From contig NC_068993.1 of NCBI RefSeq assembly GCF_001194135.2, forward strand, positions 21,788,094 through 21,852,093: DNA of 64,000 nt. The letters run 5' to 3'. Each line of letters starts with the position of its first letter. Position 1 is the first letter of the stretch. The notes beneath the pieces are model-generated. The model did not search any database. It had not been told where the DNA came from and worked only from the letters and a program-made list of their open reading frames with translations. The DNA comes from Octopus bimaculoides (taxonomy: Eukaryota). Made by a program: the position numbers and the translations under genes. Below, one piece after another: positions 27,416-42,864 of this stretch.

Positions 27416-28587
27416 AAATTATTTTTTTACTCCATTATTGTTGTCATCGTCATTACCAGCAACAATGTCATCTTTTGTATCACTAACATCATTCTCATTA
27501 ACAATATCGCCTTTAGTATCACTAATATCATCATTAATGCAGGGATGTTTTAGAAATCAAACGGATCAAAATAAGAAGCTTTATCGTGTTAAGAATATCT
27601 TTTAACCAGATTAAGTTAATAAAACAAAATCACCAACGCATATGTACAAAGCAACACTTATCTATTAATTGTAAGGAAGTATGAAAGAAAGACGGAGACA
27701 GACAGATGACGAGGAGGGGGCAAGAGAGAAACATAATACAACAGCAGAACTGAAAAGGGAATAACCCTCAACATTGATATTCACTACGTCATTAATAGAA
27801 TATTAAGATATAAGATTCATATATTAATACTTTCCTTCGCATAAATTTACAACCTCACATTAATTTAATTACAATTAAACGTATATTTATGTACGCTTAC
27901 GCACAGCTGTGGAACACAACCAAATTGATATATATATATATANNNNNNNNNNNNNNNNNNNNNNNNNNNNNNNNNNNNNNNNNNNNNNNNNNNNNNNNNN
28001 NNNNNNNNNNNNNNNNNNNNNNNNNNNNNNNNNNNNNNNNNNNNNNNNNNNNNNNNNNNNNNNNNNNNNNNNNNNNNNNNNNNNNNNNNNNNNNNNNNNN
28101 NNNNNNNNNNNNNNNNNNNNNNNNNNNNNNNNNNNNNNNNNNNNNNNNNNNNNNNNNNNNNNNNNNNNNNNNNNNNNNNNNNNNNNNNNNNNNNNNNNNN
28201 NNNNNNNNNNNNNNNNNNNNNNNNNNNNNNNNNNNNNNNNNNNNNNNNNNNNNNNNNNNNNNNNNNNNNNNNNNNNNNNNNNNNNNNNNNNNNNNNNNNN
28301 NNNNNNNNNNNNNNNNNNNNNNNNNNNNNNNNNNNNNNNNNNNNNNNNNNNNNNNNNNNNNNNNNNNNNNNNNNNNNNNNNNNNNNNNNNNNNNNNNNNN
28401 NNNNNNNNNNNNNNNNNNNNNNNNNNNNNNNNNNNNNNNNNNNNNNNNNNNNNNNNNNNNNNNNNNNNNNNNNNNNNNNNNNNNNNNNNNNNNNNNNNNN
28501 NNNNNNNNNNNNNNNNNNNNNNNNNNNNNNNNNNNNNNNNNNNNNNNNNNNNNNNNNNNNNNNNNNNNNNNNNNNNNNNNNNNNNNN

Positions 28588-28634
<47 letters not shown>

Positions 28635-28824
28635 CATACATATATATATATACGTACATATATATGCATATATATACATATATATATATGTATATCTATA
28701 TAAATACATATACATATATATATACCCACCCACGCACACACGCTAACACACACATGCGTACATACATACATACACACACACATTCATGCATATATGCAAC
28801 ACAAAAGAACTAACATTCGTTTTG

Positions 28825-28827
28825 TTC

Positions 28828-28911
<84 letters not shown>
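28825..28911. repeat. (GA)n microsatellite
   Basis: Direct reading. Confidence 0.97.
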
Positions 28912-28916
<5 letters not shown>

Positions 28917-30594
28917 AGGAAAAGGGGAATGTGGTGACATAGCAGAAGAAGAACAAATGGAGGAGACTATTGGTTTTGTGATTACTTAATGAAATTAAGA
29001 TATTTTAAAAATAAACAAAGATACCATATATAAAAGAGTAGTCTGATAGGAGGCAATTGCAGTAGTTTCAATGAAACGTGATATATTCTGGTGCCGTACC
29101 GTTAAACGGACATTTCTTTATGTACATCTCTGTGTATGAGCATCTGTAGTACGTATGTATGAATATGTATACATGCATGCATGCGTGTGCAAAATGAGTG
29201 TTTGTATGTATGTGTTTAAGTATGGAACATCAGTCGATCAAGAGTTGGATCAAGAGCTTCGCAACAAGAATCCCATTAATCAAATATCATTTCTGCATTG
29301 CACCATTTTTCTTCTACAATGGCACCATTGAAGTTAACGTTGCTACACACTCACAAAAAAAACCCAAAACAAAAAACAAAAACAGCCAAAAACATGTGCT
29401 TTCGGAACACATACACAAATATTTACGAATATATGTGTATATATATATGTATGCTTACATGGATAGATGAATGGTAGATGGATGGATGGATGGATGGATG
29501 GACATATAAACTGGGATAGCATTTTATTGGACATCTACCAATGCAGATATATCAAATGACTATTAGTGATTCTTGTTTCATTTGAATAGATTTCTGGTGT
29601 TTTTTTTTTCTAATATATCTTTTAGCAGCGGCTTGCTGTGCAACGAAGGCATATCGCGAATAGTGATAAGTAGTAAAGAAACAGGTTTATCTCTGAAGCT
29701 TGTAAGAGGGAGCTAGATAACCAAATACAACATATCTATATACGGATGTGTCTGTGTATATGTAGTTATTTGTACATATGTGTGTATGTGTGTGTATGTT
29801 TGGTTATTTGTATGTGTTGCATATATGAGTTCTGCACTTATATGATGTGATAATTGTCAGTGTGTATGGATGTCTCTGATACGATCAATTGATGTGTCAC
29901 TGATCTATTATTGAAAAAAGCCTGAGAGATAAGACAACCCCAGTTACCATATTAGCATATTTATCAATTTGTATTATAAATAGAATAAATAGTGGAAAAT
30001 ATATAATATTCATTATTAGTCTGTTATAATTCTTAGTTATTAATTCATGGAAACGGAAAAAGTTGGAAAGTGTCTCATGCAGTCGATTGTGAAAACTATT
30101 AGTATTTTTTTCACTCACTGTACTAAAATGTGATAACGTTTATCTAGTGTGATAATGGGCCGACGTGACAATATGCCTTATAATAAATACATCTCGACGG
30201 AATAGCTATCAAAATAAGTTGCTATTATTTGCCGCTGTCAATATAACAACCACAAGTGAATATGAACAATGTAGTGTGTCTGAATAATTCTCTCCAGAAC
30301 TGAAGTATTTGAGCCGCTTGACCGATGGTAAACTCGTGCAATGAAATGAAATGTGAACCTGTAATTATACTCAAACCAATAGTCAGCATCCTTTTTTTTT
30401 TTTGGAAGCCATCTTAGAAAAGTATACTGTCTTCTGACGGAAGAGAAGTATGACAAGATGTGAAGATAATTTTCTTCTCAATATATTAACTATTCAGATA
30501 CTTCAGCATATATATTTAGTATGCAGGACGTTCTAAGAGTTACTTTCTTTCATCCAAATTCTTAATTTTTCACCACCAGCATCAGAATATTCTC

Positions 30595-30697
30595 TCTTTC
30601 TCGATAAATTAAGTACCAGTTGCGTACCGGGGTAGATCTAATGGACTGGACCCCTCCCCCAAAATTTCGGACCTTGTGCCTAGAGTAGAAAAGAATA
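30595..30697 (+). mobile_element. SINE family B, 3' half
   Basis: Contains tcgataaattaagtaccagttgcgtaccggggtagatctaatggactggacccctcccccaaaatttcggaccttgtgcctagagtagaaaagaat. Confidence 0.8.
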
Positions 30698-32246
30698 TTT
30701 GTACTTTATATATACTAATTTCGCAGTCTTGTCAAGGAAAAAGACCATGCTTTACTAAGGAAATTCTTAATACCGAAGCGTTTTTCGTTGATTCATCACT
30801 TCACTTTATAACAAAACTTACATCTATATGTATCTTCTTTAATTTGCTCTCATGGCATTTATCTCTCTTTGTTATTGATATTAAAGCTATAAACTTCTAG
30901 TGGGTGTTTTGTCTACAAACTTCAAAATCTCGATAAATCGGAGGTTTGAAACTCAGAGTATAAATACGAATCTCTATAGCATGTGCATCTATTACGCAAC
31001 AAGTTCTCCGGCGGTATTTCTCTCAGTCATATATTTACTATTTATAGAGTGACTTCGTGATTTTTCATAAGAACTACCGGTGGTATAAATAAAAAAAGGC
31101 TCCCACCATATCCTAAATAGTCTTGGTTGCCGAATTCGAGTTTCTTTGCTTATCCTCATTTTGCCATCTAATTTCCTCCGGTCAAATATTTTAGGTCTAC
31201 TCAAGATGTATACATAAGATCACATACGAGGGAAAATGTATTCGTTGAGAAGACACACTAAAACGTAAAATCTTCATCACAGCTGCTATTAAAGGAAAAA
31301 TGTCAGTTTTAGTGCATAATATTTATGAAGTCGAAATAACTTTAAATTTATCACCAATATTTACTTTTGACATTTTACTGACGATGCGCCGCGGAAAGGA
31401 ATTTCGTAGGGTAATCAATCTGTCGATTTCCTGTCTACGGGTGTAAAACATTTGAACTGCGTTGACTACACATAAGAAAAAAAAATGATGATCGTGTTTG
31501 AAAGAATAACTTTCACTCCTGCCATTTGAATCTTGTGAATGACGATTTGACATAGCTTCGATGAATTAATTCCATTAAGTTTCCTCAGTAGCTAAACTAG
31601 TATTCCTAATATTTAGATATCTTCTAAAGAAATACGGCGAAAATAGTGTGCCAAGTACGTCATGAATATGCCTGCTAATCTCATTGAAACATGCTTGATT
31701 TATGACTAACTAGACGTTAATCATGGGCCTCAGTCATTAATAATTAAAAATATAATTGCAAAACTTATCGCCGAAATTAAAAACCAATAATTAATATAAA
31801 GGTTAATACAAACATGACTTTGAAATGATACCAATCACATGATTTCTTATTTAATTCTTTCTTTTTTTTTCTATCTCATTCATTTAGCTCAGTTTTCAAT
31901 TGGCCCATTCAGATCTCCGCTTGTTCTCTATCAAGATTGTTTGAGAGTAAAGTAAAGGCTCATTTGAATATCGCAATCTGAAATCAGTTAATGATGGCCT
32001 ATACAAAGTAAATATCGATAATGATGTTGTGCTTTTCAATGAAATAGAATTGAAATTTACCAATAACCACCGGAGCCTATAGAATATTTTTCCCAAGTTA
32101 ATCAGCAAATGACCGTTAATGTTAAAGCCACTGACATTTACTGTTTATTCTTTTGTGTTGTTCCTTCATGTTTACATTTTTAAAGTTTCTTCGTAAACCC
32201 CATCTGAGTTGTGAGCATCTAAGCTGATTCGCTATAAAATATAAAT

Positions 32247-32360
32247 GCCATTATTATTATTGTTATTGTTGTTGCTGTTGTTGATGATGGTGATGATGGT
32301 GATGATGGTCGTGATGATAATGATGATGATGACGATAATGATAATGATGATGATGATGAC

Positions 32361-32408
<48 letters not shown>

Positions 32409-32410
32409 AG
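32247..32410. repeat. Compound (ATT)/(GTT)/(GAT)n microsatellite
   Basis: Direct reading. Confidence 0.95.
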
Positions 32411-32559
32411 AAATGAATCACAATTTGCACTTTAATAGCTACAACTTCTCATAGATATGTACCTAGAATCTAAGTTTTAATAAAAGGAGTAAGGATGTCC
32501 TCAATGAAGAAATGGAAAATTGATAATATAACATATATTATATATATTTATATATATAA

Positions 32560-33000
32560 AGCGCAATAACAGAAGAGAATCGTCCGACTTAGGGTAGATC
32601 ATCACACGACACTTGCCACTCCACTGAATTGTTATGTCTATACCCGTAGTTTTCCGTGAATATCTTTGGTGTCGGATCAAGTTCGACATGTCTTGCATGA
32701 CTTGGTCGATTACATTTTATGATTTCATAAACCCCTCAGATGGTTTCACGGGGAATTTATTATTTAGGCTTTCAGAAATGATCGAACCATTTTTCTCCGC
32801 CAATCACCAGGTTATTAAGCTCTTCTTCAGTTGTTTTGCCTTGGGAAGAACTATTAAGTTCAGTATGACGAGTGGAGAGTTAGGCGCTTTATATGTGCAT
32901 TACTTTACATTTATATTACTTTGTGCTAGGGTGATTTTTAAAAAAATTCTAATTCCCTCACCGCTGTCTCCGACATTTTACCTACTTGCTGTCCGTCTCT
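32560..33000 (-). mobile_element. Possible Tigger/pogo transposase remnant
   Basis: The minus strand gives GEKWFDHF*K...VKPSEG...MSNLIRHQRYS...DDSLLLL, in the order expected for the CENP-B HTH motif GWFxxFK followed by the start of the DDE domain. The similarity is weak. Confidence 0.25.
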
Positions 33001-36000
33001 TTTACATTATCAGAAAATGATACGATAACGTTGCGAGTTAAAAGAGGAAGAGTTGATTACAGGGCTTCTTCAACGGCTCTTGGAACTAAGGACAAAATAT
33101 ACAACTTCCAATTTGAGAATCCACGCATATAGCTTCCGCAGCTTGCTGCTGCTTTATTGATTCTTATAACTTGCCCAGCCATTTTGGTTGAAAAATCTTA
33201 TATGATTTTTACTGGCATATGGATAACAGCTGAGATTTCTTTTCTGAGCCATCAGTCCTAAAACTTCTACTCATTACTAAAGGGCACAAATAGGCAATCA
33301 TTTTGTGAACTTCTGGGATCGTGAAGATACGTCCATATACATCTCATGTGACAACATATCACCAATATTCACATCAATAGTGATCCCTTGCGAAAGTGAC
33401 CACCAGCCAGTATCTCATCACGTCTCCGATGCCTTTTACTTCATTCCACGGATAAGTATGTGACACACAACTTGGAGTTGTCGTTTTCTCACCTCCTCGG
33501 TTTTATTTTGTCATAAACATCCGTTCGAAATATGGAAAAGATCCTATTTCACACAGCATATACACCTCTCTGCAGTTGCTAATTGGGCTAATGAGAAAAT
33601 TCACACGGTTTTTCGAGATGCCGTGACAATATTTTTATCGTATATAGTTTTTCTTCTTTTTGGTACTCTGTAAAAAACTGTGTTGTTGATGTACTTAATC
33701 ACACAGCTCTACCAGGAAGGTTTTTACCACCCTAATTACTTATATCTAATACCTGTCTGTTTCAGTTCGCTCCAGCAAAAGCAGGACTATTAAAATGCTT
33801 TCCTGTTTCTGAATTAGAACCCTCCCATTTTCTGCTGTTCCTTCCTTAATTAGGTTTCTGTTTGACAGCAACTATGTGAGCATTGTTATTATTGTTGATT
33901 TTGGGATATCAGTTTGTTTTTTCTGTTTATCTTTGTTTGACTTTTTTCACTAGAAAACTAAATGATCGTTTTATGTTAAAATGGCGTAGTCAGTGTTATT
34001 CTCTCCCTTGCTTGCCTTTTTTATTGTTCTTCTACTAAGAGTCAGACTGGAAATTATTTTAAATGCCATAAAATTCCAGCGAGAAATATAATAGTATTTT
34101 AAACAGACCCTCTGTCTACTTCAAGGATTTGGATAGATCTACCGACGTTCTATAGTCTCCTGATTCTAAAATAATCCAAACTTATAATTTTCATCCACTA
34201 AAGAACGATAACAACCCAATCTCCTCGGACACGTCAAAATAAAAATAATAATTGTTCAATTTAAATGTCTCCAAATCCAGTTAATTAAATATAGCCACAT
34301 TATGCAAAATGGGTTACCTGACTTATGGTTGAGGTAATATAAATATACAATCGAGGGATGGGATAAACATAGAATACACGATGACAAAGGAAAATTTGTA
34401 AACACACGCACATTTGATCGAACACTTTCGCGTGCGCATGCACACGCACCCGCGCGCACACACACGCACCGTCACCAACTAGGGACAATGATTTCTTACA
34501 TTTTTAAGCAAAGTTGCAAATAAAGGAAGATTATACGGTTGATTTTTACAAAGAATAAGAAGACAGACACGACGAACAAATGGTCTTGGAAAGAATTAAA
34601 TGAAACTCTCCATTAAGAAGAAATTCATCTGGTGTCGCTTAAACATAGATTCAGAATAGCCTTTATCACTAAGTGTATATGCAGACTCTCGACTATGTGT
34701 TCCGGTCTATAACCTCTAATCTTTCCGTCCTCAATTTCCACTCTATATGGAATTCGAAGAATTTCATTGTTCCTTGACCGAAGCGCAACGTGCCTATCAT
34801 CCATGACATGATCAAAAGAAAGCAATTTTTGTTACTAGAAAAAAAGTTCCTGTCACCTCGAATAATCTTCGCTATCACAATCTGCACTTCGGTCAGGAAA
34901 TTGAAATCTCTCTTCCTAAAATTACTCGTGTGTAAGTCTTCAGTTAGAGCAGGCAGACATGATCCTCGTCTAGGTTACAATGTAAATACTTTTCTTTGTA
35001 GCCAGCAAAATCCCGAAAAGCAAACTGTTTTTTTTTTATATACCCTATGTAAATAGAGTCTGTGTAAATTAGTCCTAGATCTGTCTCTAAAGTCTCGTAT
35101 ACTTCATTTAAAGGTAGATGGGATGTGGTGCATGAACAGTAATGTGTGCTGTATTTCTCTTATCCTTGCTGTAATTGCTGCTGTACCATTCACCGCTTCT
35201 CGAATTTTGCCTGGTAGCGAGTCCTCAAATGATATTCACTGTCCCTCATGTAATACTTACACTTTCTACCTTCAGGGGGATTTTCCTTCCCTACGCTTGA
35301 TGTGGTACAATGTAAGCATAATAAAAATGATATTTCGTAAAGAGCCGCAAAACTGCACGTTTGGTGCAAAATGATCAGTCGTTCAAATCGAATTCAATAT
35401 GTATTTTAAAGTTCCAGAAATATAAAATCCAACAATTTTCCGAGTCCTGATTTACTATTATGATAACGACAATGAAAATAGTTCAGAAACTCGTAATAAT
35501 TATTGTTGTCACAATTATCATCATTTTAAATGAAGCAATGCATGTGCTTAAATTTATATGAACTTTTTCAATATTTTCGACTTGTTGAAAAGGTATCTCT
35601 CTCCTACCGTTTTCAGACCAACGTTGACAAAATAACTAAGCTTGCACTTCATTTGAACATATTCATTTCTTAGTATTCACGTTAAACTTGGAACAGATAA
35701 TAATGAATAGAAACGAGGCAGAAAAACTAACATGCACCACTATATTCTATTCGCTATATTATTTGTGTTATATTTTTAATGTTCATACAACAAATTATTC
35801 AGAGAAGTAGTTCCAAGGTGATATTCATAAAGTTTATGTTTTAGCAACATTTGAATATAAGATAGTATTATAAATTAGTTGCGGAGGGTTTCTCTGTAGT
35901 TGTTTGTCTCTTTACTATTACTACTGCAGGTGTCGTAGTTGGTATTATCACGAAATAGGGAATATGACATTTGTCAGATTATTATACATTGAACTACTTT

Positions 36001-36112
36001 GACAACCAACAGAAATATGTATAATCTAAATATCGGACTGAAAAATTTACAAGCTTTTCTCGTTGATCATACGGTCTCTTGAACTAACTTTCTTCTTAGC
36101 TTGATACTCTTC

Positions 36113-36165
<53 letters not shown>

Positions 36166-36470
36166 TGTTTGTATATGTAAGTATATATGTGTGTGTGTGT
36201 GTGTGTGTGAGTAAGTATGTATGTATGCATGTATGTGTGAATATGTATATACTTATACATTTGCATATAATGTGTGTCTGTGTGTGACTATGCATATAAG
36301 TATGAATGCCTATAGGTATGTACGTTCGTACGAAGTCATTCGAGCCTAGGGGGAATCTCAGATAAAAGGGAAAATCGTAGAAGTAAAAGTAACGTCTACT
36401 ATTCTTTCAGTCAGGCTGACTCTTACTCTGTATCACTCGCTGTCTTTCTCTCTCGACTTCCTTCTGCTTT

Positions 36471-36514
<44 letters not shown>

Positions 36515-37243
36515 GTACACATATATACATTATATATAAAAATATATTTGTATATGTTTTCATGTATGTGTGTATATATTGTATGTATATTTTATTTATG
36601 CGTGGGTAATTTCCATTTAGTCTTGTAATATATTTATCAGCCAATGTGTGTCCAGCCTACACCGGTCTGAAATTAAATGTCAGAAATTAAATATGGAAAA
36701 GTTTGATAATATAATTTTGACTACCCTGGGAGTACCGCAGAAGAAAAATGTAAGCTTAAGATATATGGTATATTTGCTCTTGGGTCAATTTTCTGGTGAA
36801 CAACAATTTATTTCATCAATATAGGTTATACCCAATATCAAACTATGAATATTGTAAAGTATTTGTTGCTTTCTACCACAAAGTATAAGGCCGTCTATAT
36901 GGACAGATAAAGCTAATATATTTCTAAGAATTAATAATTTTTGCCAGTGTAGATGTTTCATAATCTGTTGTCTATAAACCGCCTGTGGATCACTGATATT
37001 TCTAAAACAAATATTCATTTGCTCAAAGTAAATTACGTTGTAAATCTTCGATTCAAACGAACTCAGCCATTTTTAGTGTCCAGTAAAGTTGTTCAATTGC
37101 GAAGTATTTTATCGCATTATCTAAGATTATTCTACTATTATTATATTGAAAATATTATTTGTCTATAATAGATTATAAAATCTTACGTGGGCCATCGGAC
37201 ATGTCGGTACATATTTTAAATGGATTCGATCATGTCTCTATAG

Positions 37244-37468
37244 CTATTATTATTATTATTATTGTTAAGTAGTTTTATTTTTGTAACGTGCTTTCACTTC
37301 ACTACCGAGCGCAGCTCTGTGCGCCTTGGGTATGTGCTGTGGTTTGCTGTGGTGCTCTTATGTTTACTGTATTGAAAGTGTTTTGCGTAGAATGTGTGCA
37401 GTACCCAGTAGTGCAATTTTCTGTATGTTATATATATTTGTAAGTCCTGGTGTTTTTGTTATGTATTT
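37244..37468 (-). mobile_element. R4/Dong-clade LINE 3' end with a (TAA)n tail
   Basis: The minus strand gives ITKTPGLTNIYNIQKIALLGTAHILRKTLSIQ*, typical of an RLE C-terminus. A short 3' UTR and aataataataata follow. Confidence 0.75.
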
Positions 37469-37478
37469 NNNNNNNNNN

Positions 37479-37528
<50 letters not shown>

Positions 37529-37873
37529 TTCATATCTATATACATATATATGTATATAAATGTATGCATGTATGCATGTATCTATCTATATAATATTATA
37601 TGAAAAATAGAGCTTAACATACAGGCACACACACATAGACATATATATATGTCTATGTGTGTGTATATATTTATATATGTATATATATGCAATCGTTTGT
37701 GAATATGTATATATATATATATATATATATATGAATATATAGTATTAGTATAAATATATAGTATAGTATTATATTTATATATATTTTATACTGTGAAACT
37801 TAATTTAATTTTAATTTTTAATAAAAATGATTTTAATTGACTTTTTACCTGTAATTTTGGATTTTATCCCTTA

Positions 37874-37915
<42 letters not shown>

Positions 37916-37930
37916 CATTATTATTCTTAT
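37874..37930. repeat. (ATT)n microsatellite
   Basis: Direct reading. Confidence 0.95.
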
Positions 37931-39894
37931 TATATTTTTGATATCTGTCGATATTACCACAATATGTAACGTTGCTTTGTACTCTGTAACCAATTGTCAC
38001 AGTGTTTATCAAATGGTTGAGAAAAATCTTTCTAGTGAGATGATATGGCGGGTTACTACTTCTGACGAATTATTCCATCACATCTCTGCAGGAAATATGT
38101 CGTTATTGCTGGAATATCTCTGGCCACAGTGAGTGTCAGCACTTCTTTACCGTATTCCTTTTACAAATAGTCGAAACTATGTGTAGAGTTTGTCATTCCA
38201 TAACTTATCGTTAATATGAAATGCAATCTCAATGCATTTCATATCGAATGCATTGAAAATATTTTTGAAAAAACGTAAAGTGACTTATTGTAAAATTCGG
38301 ATTAGATGATTATAGTAACAGCTCATTGCTAATGATTATCGATTCATTCATATACAATTCGTCTGATTCGTTCTACATATCTCATTCTAAGACATACCCT
38401 ATGCATGATTTAGAACAAATTTGACATGAAAAATAAGTGAGAATATAATAATTGCATTACACATAACGTAAGAGACTTTATCATAATCTTAAGCACAAGT
38501 TTTTGACCAATAAACATGGCTTATTATTATTTCTACTCAGAGCTGGTATGTAAATTCTTCGTTGATCATTAAAAAAACAATATTAGAAGTGAGGTCCCCG
38601 AAGAGAAAATATAGACACTAATCAGAAGAAATATTTCATGTTAATAGATAAGGGAAACAGTAAACAAAGAATGATCGATATAGAATAGAGAATATACGTT
38701 AATTATTAGATCATCCTGGACTTAGCCATCTGTAAATATTTGACGAGGGAATTTCAGAACGGTAATTCTATTGGCTGAAGACTAATTGCGAATCCAATCC
38801 AGTCAGATTTTATATCACTGGTTCAACGCAATTAAAACTAATCGTTTGAAGGAATAAATCTCGCATTGATGAAGCTTTTGGTATTAAACTTATATTACTC
38901 ATTATTGTTGTTGGTTTTTGTTGTTGTTGTTGTTGTCGTTGTTGTTGTTGTTGATGATGATGATGATGATGATGTTGATGATGATGATGGAATTCTTAGC
39001 AGAATATTTTTCTGGGGAAAAAGCTGCGAGTCATAGTTTGAGAGCACATAATTCTAAGGAAAGGAACCGTAAAAGAAGACTTGGGAACAAATATGTAGAT
39101 ACATGAAGTACAGTTTGACGTCATATTCCTCCAAAGTTAGGTTACTCGAAAATTGATGAAGCTGGTCACTGTTTTACTAGAATACTGGTCGTTTTATCTA
39201 CTGGTCTGCTATTGGCATCCTATTATCATCGAGATGCGCCTATGACGAAATACGTCAATCCCTCGGCAGTCGATCGACCAAAACTTATACAGATATATGT
39301 ATTACTGTATGTTGTTGCATAAGACAATGTTTTGGTTGAAAAATAGAAAATTATTTCTGTGGAGACAGTGTCCTTGGTTGAATAATTCCAATATATCTTT
39401 GTATAACTGGTACTTATTTCATCGACCAAAGCTTGTTGAACAACATATTCCGGAGGCATAAGAGGCTGAGAGTTAAATTAGATAAACGACTTAATTGGCT
39501 ATTCTACTGTCTGCAAACACACCTCCATAAATACATAATATTAAGCTGAAATATACCTGTGAGTATGCAAACAATAAACTCGGCTGTTATTTCCCTGCAG
39601 AAAACAACAAAACACCCAAATTTAGATGTGACTCAAATGCTATCTTGAGATTTCTTTAATGGGCGTTTCACATACGACATATCTAATATCTAGTAATTCA
39701 TGTATAAATTCAATATGCTACGGATTTGATAAAAAGATAATCGATAAATTTGATAGATATCAATATATTGAAACAATACTCAATGATGAATTGCAATGCA
39801 TATTACTATACCGCTTAAAATTTCAATTAAATGTAGTATTAATATTCACTGATAAAAATATTGGAATCAGTTTCACATTTCAAAACATATTTTG

Positions 39895-39949
<55 letters not shown>

Positions 39950-40198
39950 CACATATATATATATACATATGCAATAATTGTGTGCGTATGTATGCGTGTG
40001 TGATAGTGTAATAGTTGAAATAATCTTAGGTACCATAGTAGAAAGTTTTCAATCAACAATTAAGAATTAGAAGATTGTCTGGCTGGGATTGCTCTTTATG
40101 TGGTGAGGCAACTATAGTAAACAGGGAAAAGGATCAAACAACAGAGAAAACCCCCCACAAAACGAACATATAAAACTGGCGAGACAAATCCTGTGAAA

Positions 40199-40210
40199 TC
40201 TATCTATCTG

Positions 40211-40249
<39 letters not shown>

Positions 40250-40250
40250 G

Positions 40251-40340
<90 letters not shown>
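40199..40340. repeat. (TATC)n microsatellite
   Basis: Direct reading. Confidence 0.97.
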
Positions 40341-40341
<1 letters not shown>

Positions 40342-40562
40342 CTCTATCAATATGTATATATATATTCAGAAGTTTTTTCTCTAAAATACTTGATACGACC
40401 GAAATCATGGAAAGAACAGCTCCTTAAAAGTTATTAACTATTTAAAAACATCTTAGAAAAGACGTGAACAGCGAAAGCTTTTGCACACAATGCAAAAAAT
40501 TCGTTCCAAGTGTTCATTTTGTTTTAAGATATTTTAAAAATAGTTAATAACAATTAAGAAAA

Positions 40563-40626
<64 letters not shown>

Positions 40627-42864
40627 ATATATGTGTGTGTGTGTGAGGATTCTTTCATCTCGTAAGATGATAACCGTCACGAATAATAGAGGGACAACTG
40701 CACGTCATAGTATTGGAGTGATAAAATAATACAACTCTTTTTCCACTTTCTCGGTCTCCATACTAGGTGACAAGCATTGCAAGATGTCTGCAATTATTTT
40801 GTTTGCAAAAGTTAAGTCAGAGTGTCTTTCTCTTAGAAGAGGCCTCTTCCGAAATGCCTTTTCAAACGTAACCGTGGCCTCCTTCAGCTGTGACAAATCT
40901 ATTTAACCTACAGATAGAAGTCTGACAGATACTACTGCTCTGTGTCAGATGAGAACTGGGAGGAATGGTAATGAAAGAGTGACTCCACGCTTCCACATAA
41001 ATGCTTTGGTATATGATTTTAAGAAATTTCTTTGACGCTTTAGCCATTACATTATATGTCATATTAGAGCAAGTTCATGAGGGTGCTATTATTTCATTTA
41101 TTTTTTTGTTTGTATGTTTCTGAAATATGTGTTACTAATTTCCTAACAGTTTGTTTACTTTTCTGTTAGGCAACGGTCTATGTGTGTATATAATTTGCTG
41201 TGTGTGTGAGTACATGCTTATAAGTTCAAGGAACATCACATCTGAAGACTAGCAGAAAACATTAATGGAAATGCAGAGCAAATAAGAATAGTAAAGCATG
41301 GGATTAATATTCCAATTAATCTTTACTCGCATGCTTGCACTATTTTTGATAAAGAAGATCAATTTATTCCTAACTAAATACAGACCCTGGAAAACAATCA
41401 GAAGATTCACTTCAAAACGAATATTGATTTTATCATTATGTTTATTTTGTGTTAGTGTGTGAATATGCAGATGTTTAAAGGGTGCATATGATTGTGTGTG
41501 TTTTTGCGATTAAGAAAAGTATATGACTGAATTTGACTGGCATATGAAAAACTGCTTTCAAAATATGTTGATAGAAAGTAACTACCGACTTGATGAGAGT
41601 AACATGAATTTGGTAGCACTATAGTCTTCCTTGAATATAATGCGAGGTTTTATGTACAAGACACTCTACATTTCTTTGCATGTATGTGTGTATGTGCACA
41701 TGTGAGCGACTCAGCCACTGATCTATATACATTCACAGCTTTGAACTTTTGTTCGTGGTTCGTGCAAAAAAGGAGTCGTCTGAAGTGATTTTTTTTTTAG
41801 TAAATGTACAGAGAAACTGCAAACTATTCGGTAAAGTCTGGATATTAGAAAACATGCTGTTGAAATTTCACTTTATGGAAAACAGCTACGTCTGGCGGAG
41901 GAAAATAGTTTTTGAAAAAATCTCCACAAAAAAAAAGGTGGAATTACGATTATCTGCTCTTGACTGTTTACAAAATATTTTCAGAAATGCGTGAAATTAA
42001 GATTAAAACAGTAAAATTATTTTATGAATTTGACATAGCTAAAGGGTGCATACTCTTTTCTCTCGTCACAAGCTGACAATCACATAAAGCATTTTCAGAA
42101 ACATCCCAAAAGTTAAATCTTAAACTTTCGGTATATGATTGTTATAAGATACTTTTCTATATGACATACTAAAGTATTCAGCTTCAATATTTTATTCGAC
42201 GGATATAATACATTGTTGTCTTTAATAAAGTTGTCTACATAAAGATGTGTAAGGCACATATATGTGTGTATGTGTTTCTATATGTGAGTATTCTTTATAT
42301 TATGGAGAAGATTTATTTTATGATTGTCTGTGGTTCCTATTATGCAAAAGAGAAAGAAGAGAGAAAATTAGAAGAACACATGGAAGAGCACTGAGTTACA
42401 CAATCAACATTATATTTCATCACCATATAAATTATGTGACAAACTGCATGTGCTTTATTTCCATAGCATAATTTAGCCATTGCAACCGAGGCAATACTAG
42501 AATAATATTTTTAGAACTGAGTATGTAGTTTCATTGATTCAACAATGTTGTGTAATTTTCTGTATATTCCGTATCTGAAACTAATGATTCATCAGCGGAA
42601 TGGGTGCTGCTCCATTCTAAAATAATTTTACAGATAACATTTAAGGAGTGGCAGAAAGCAATGTGCTGTTGTAACTGTTATTTGGTTAATTTTAAGCATC
42701 TTTTATGCAATGATGTAATCGAAAGTTTTTAAGTACCTAACTTATGTTGTAGAAGCTAATTATCCGACAATTAGCAAAGTGAGCTTTGAGATAACTACAT
42801 TGATCAACCTTGTGTGTAGAGAACAGTTTTGCGTATCATATCATGAACATATGATTAGAAATGC

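Noticed and set aside
37244-37265. Idea that SINE B is mobilised by the Dong LINE
   Set aside because: The Dong sense tail is (TAA)n while SINE B tails are (ATT)-like, which is the opposite strand, and no shared 3' end is visible.
24592-39123. Two perfect CRE palindromes TGACGTCA (24592-99 and 39116-23)
   Set aside because: A rough composition-based expectation is about 0.5-1 per window, and one abuts a SINE. Conservation data would be needed to support them.
40700-41000. Minus-strand ORF LKEATVTFEKAF...IIADILQCL vaguely like a Tigger C-terminus
   Set aside because: The similarity is too weak, and there is no TIR or catalytic motif.
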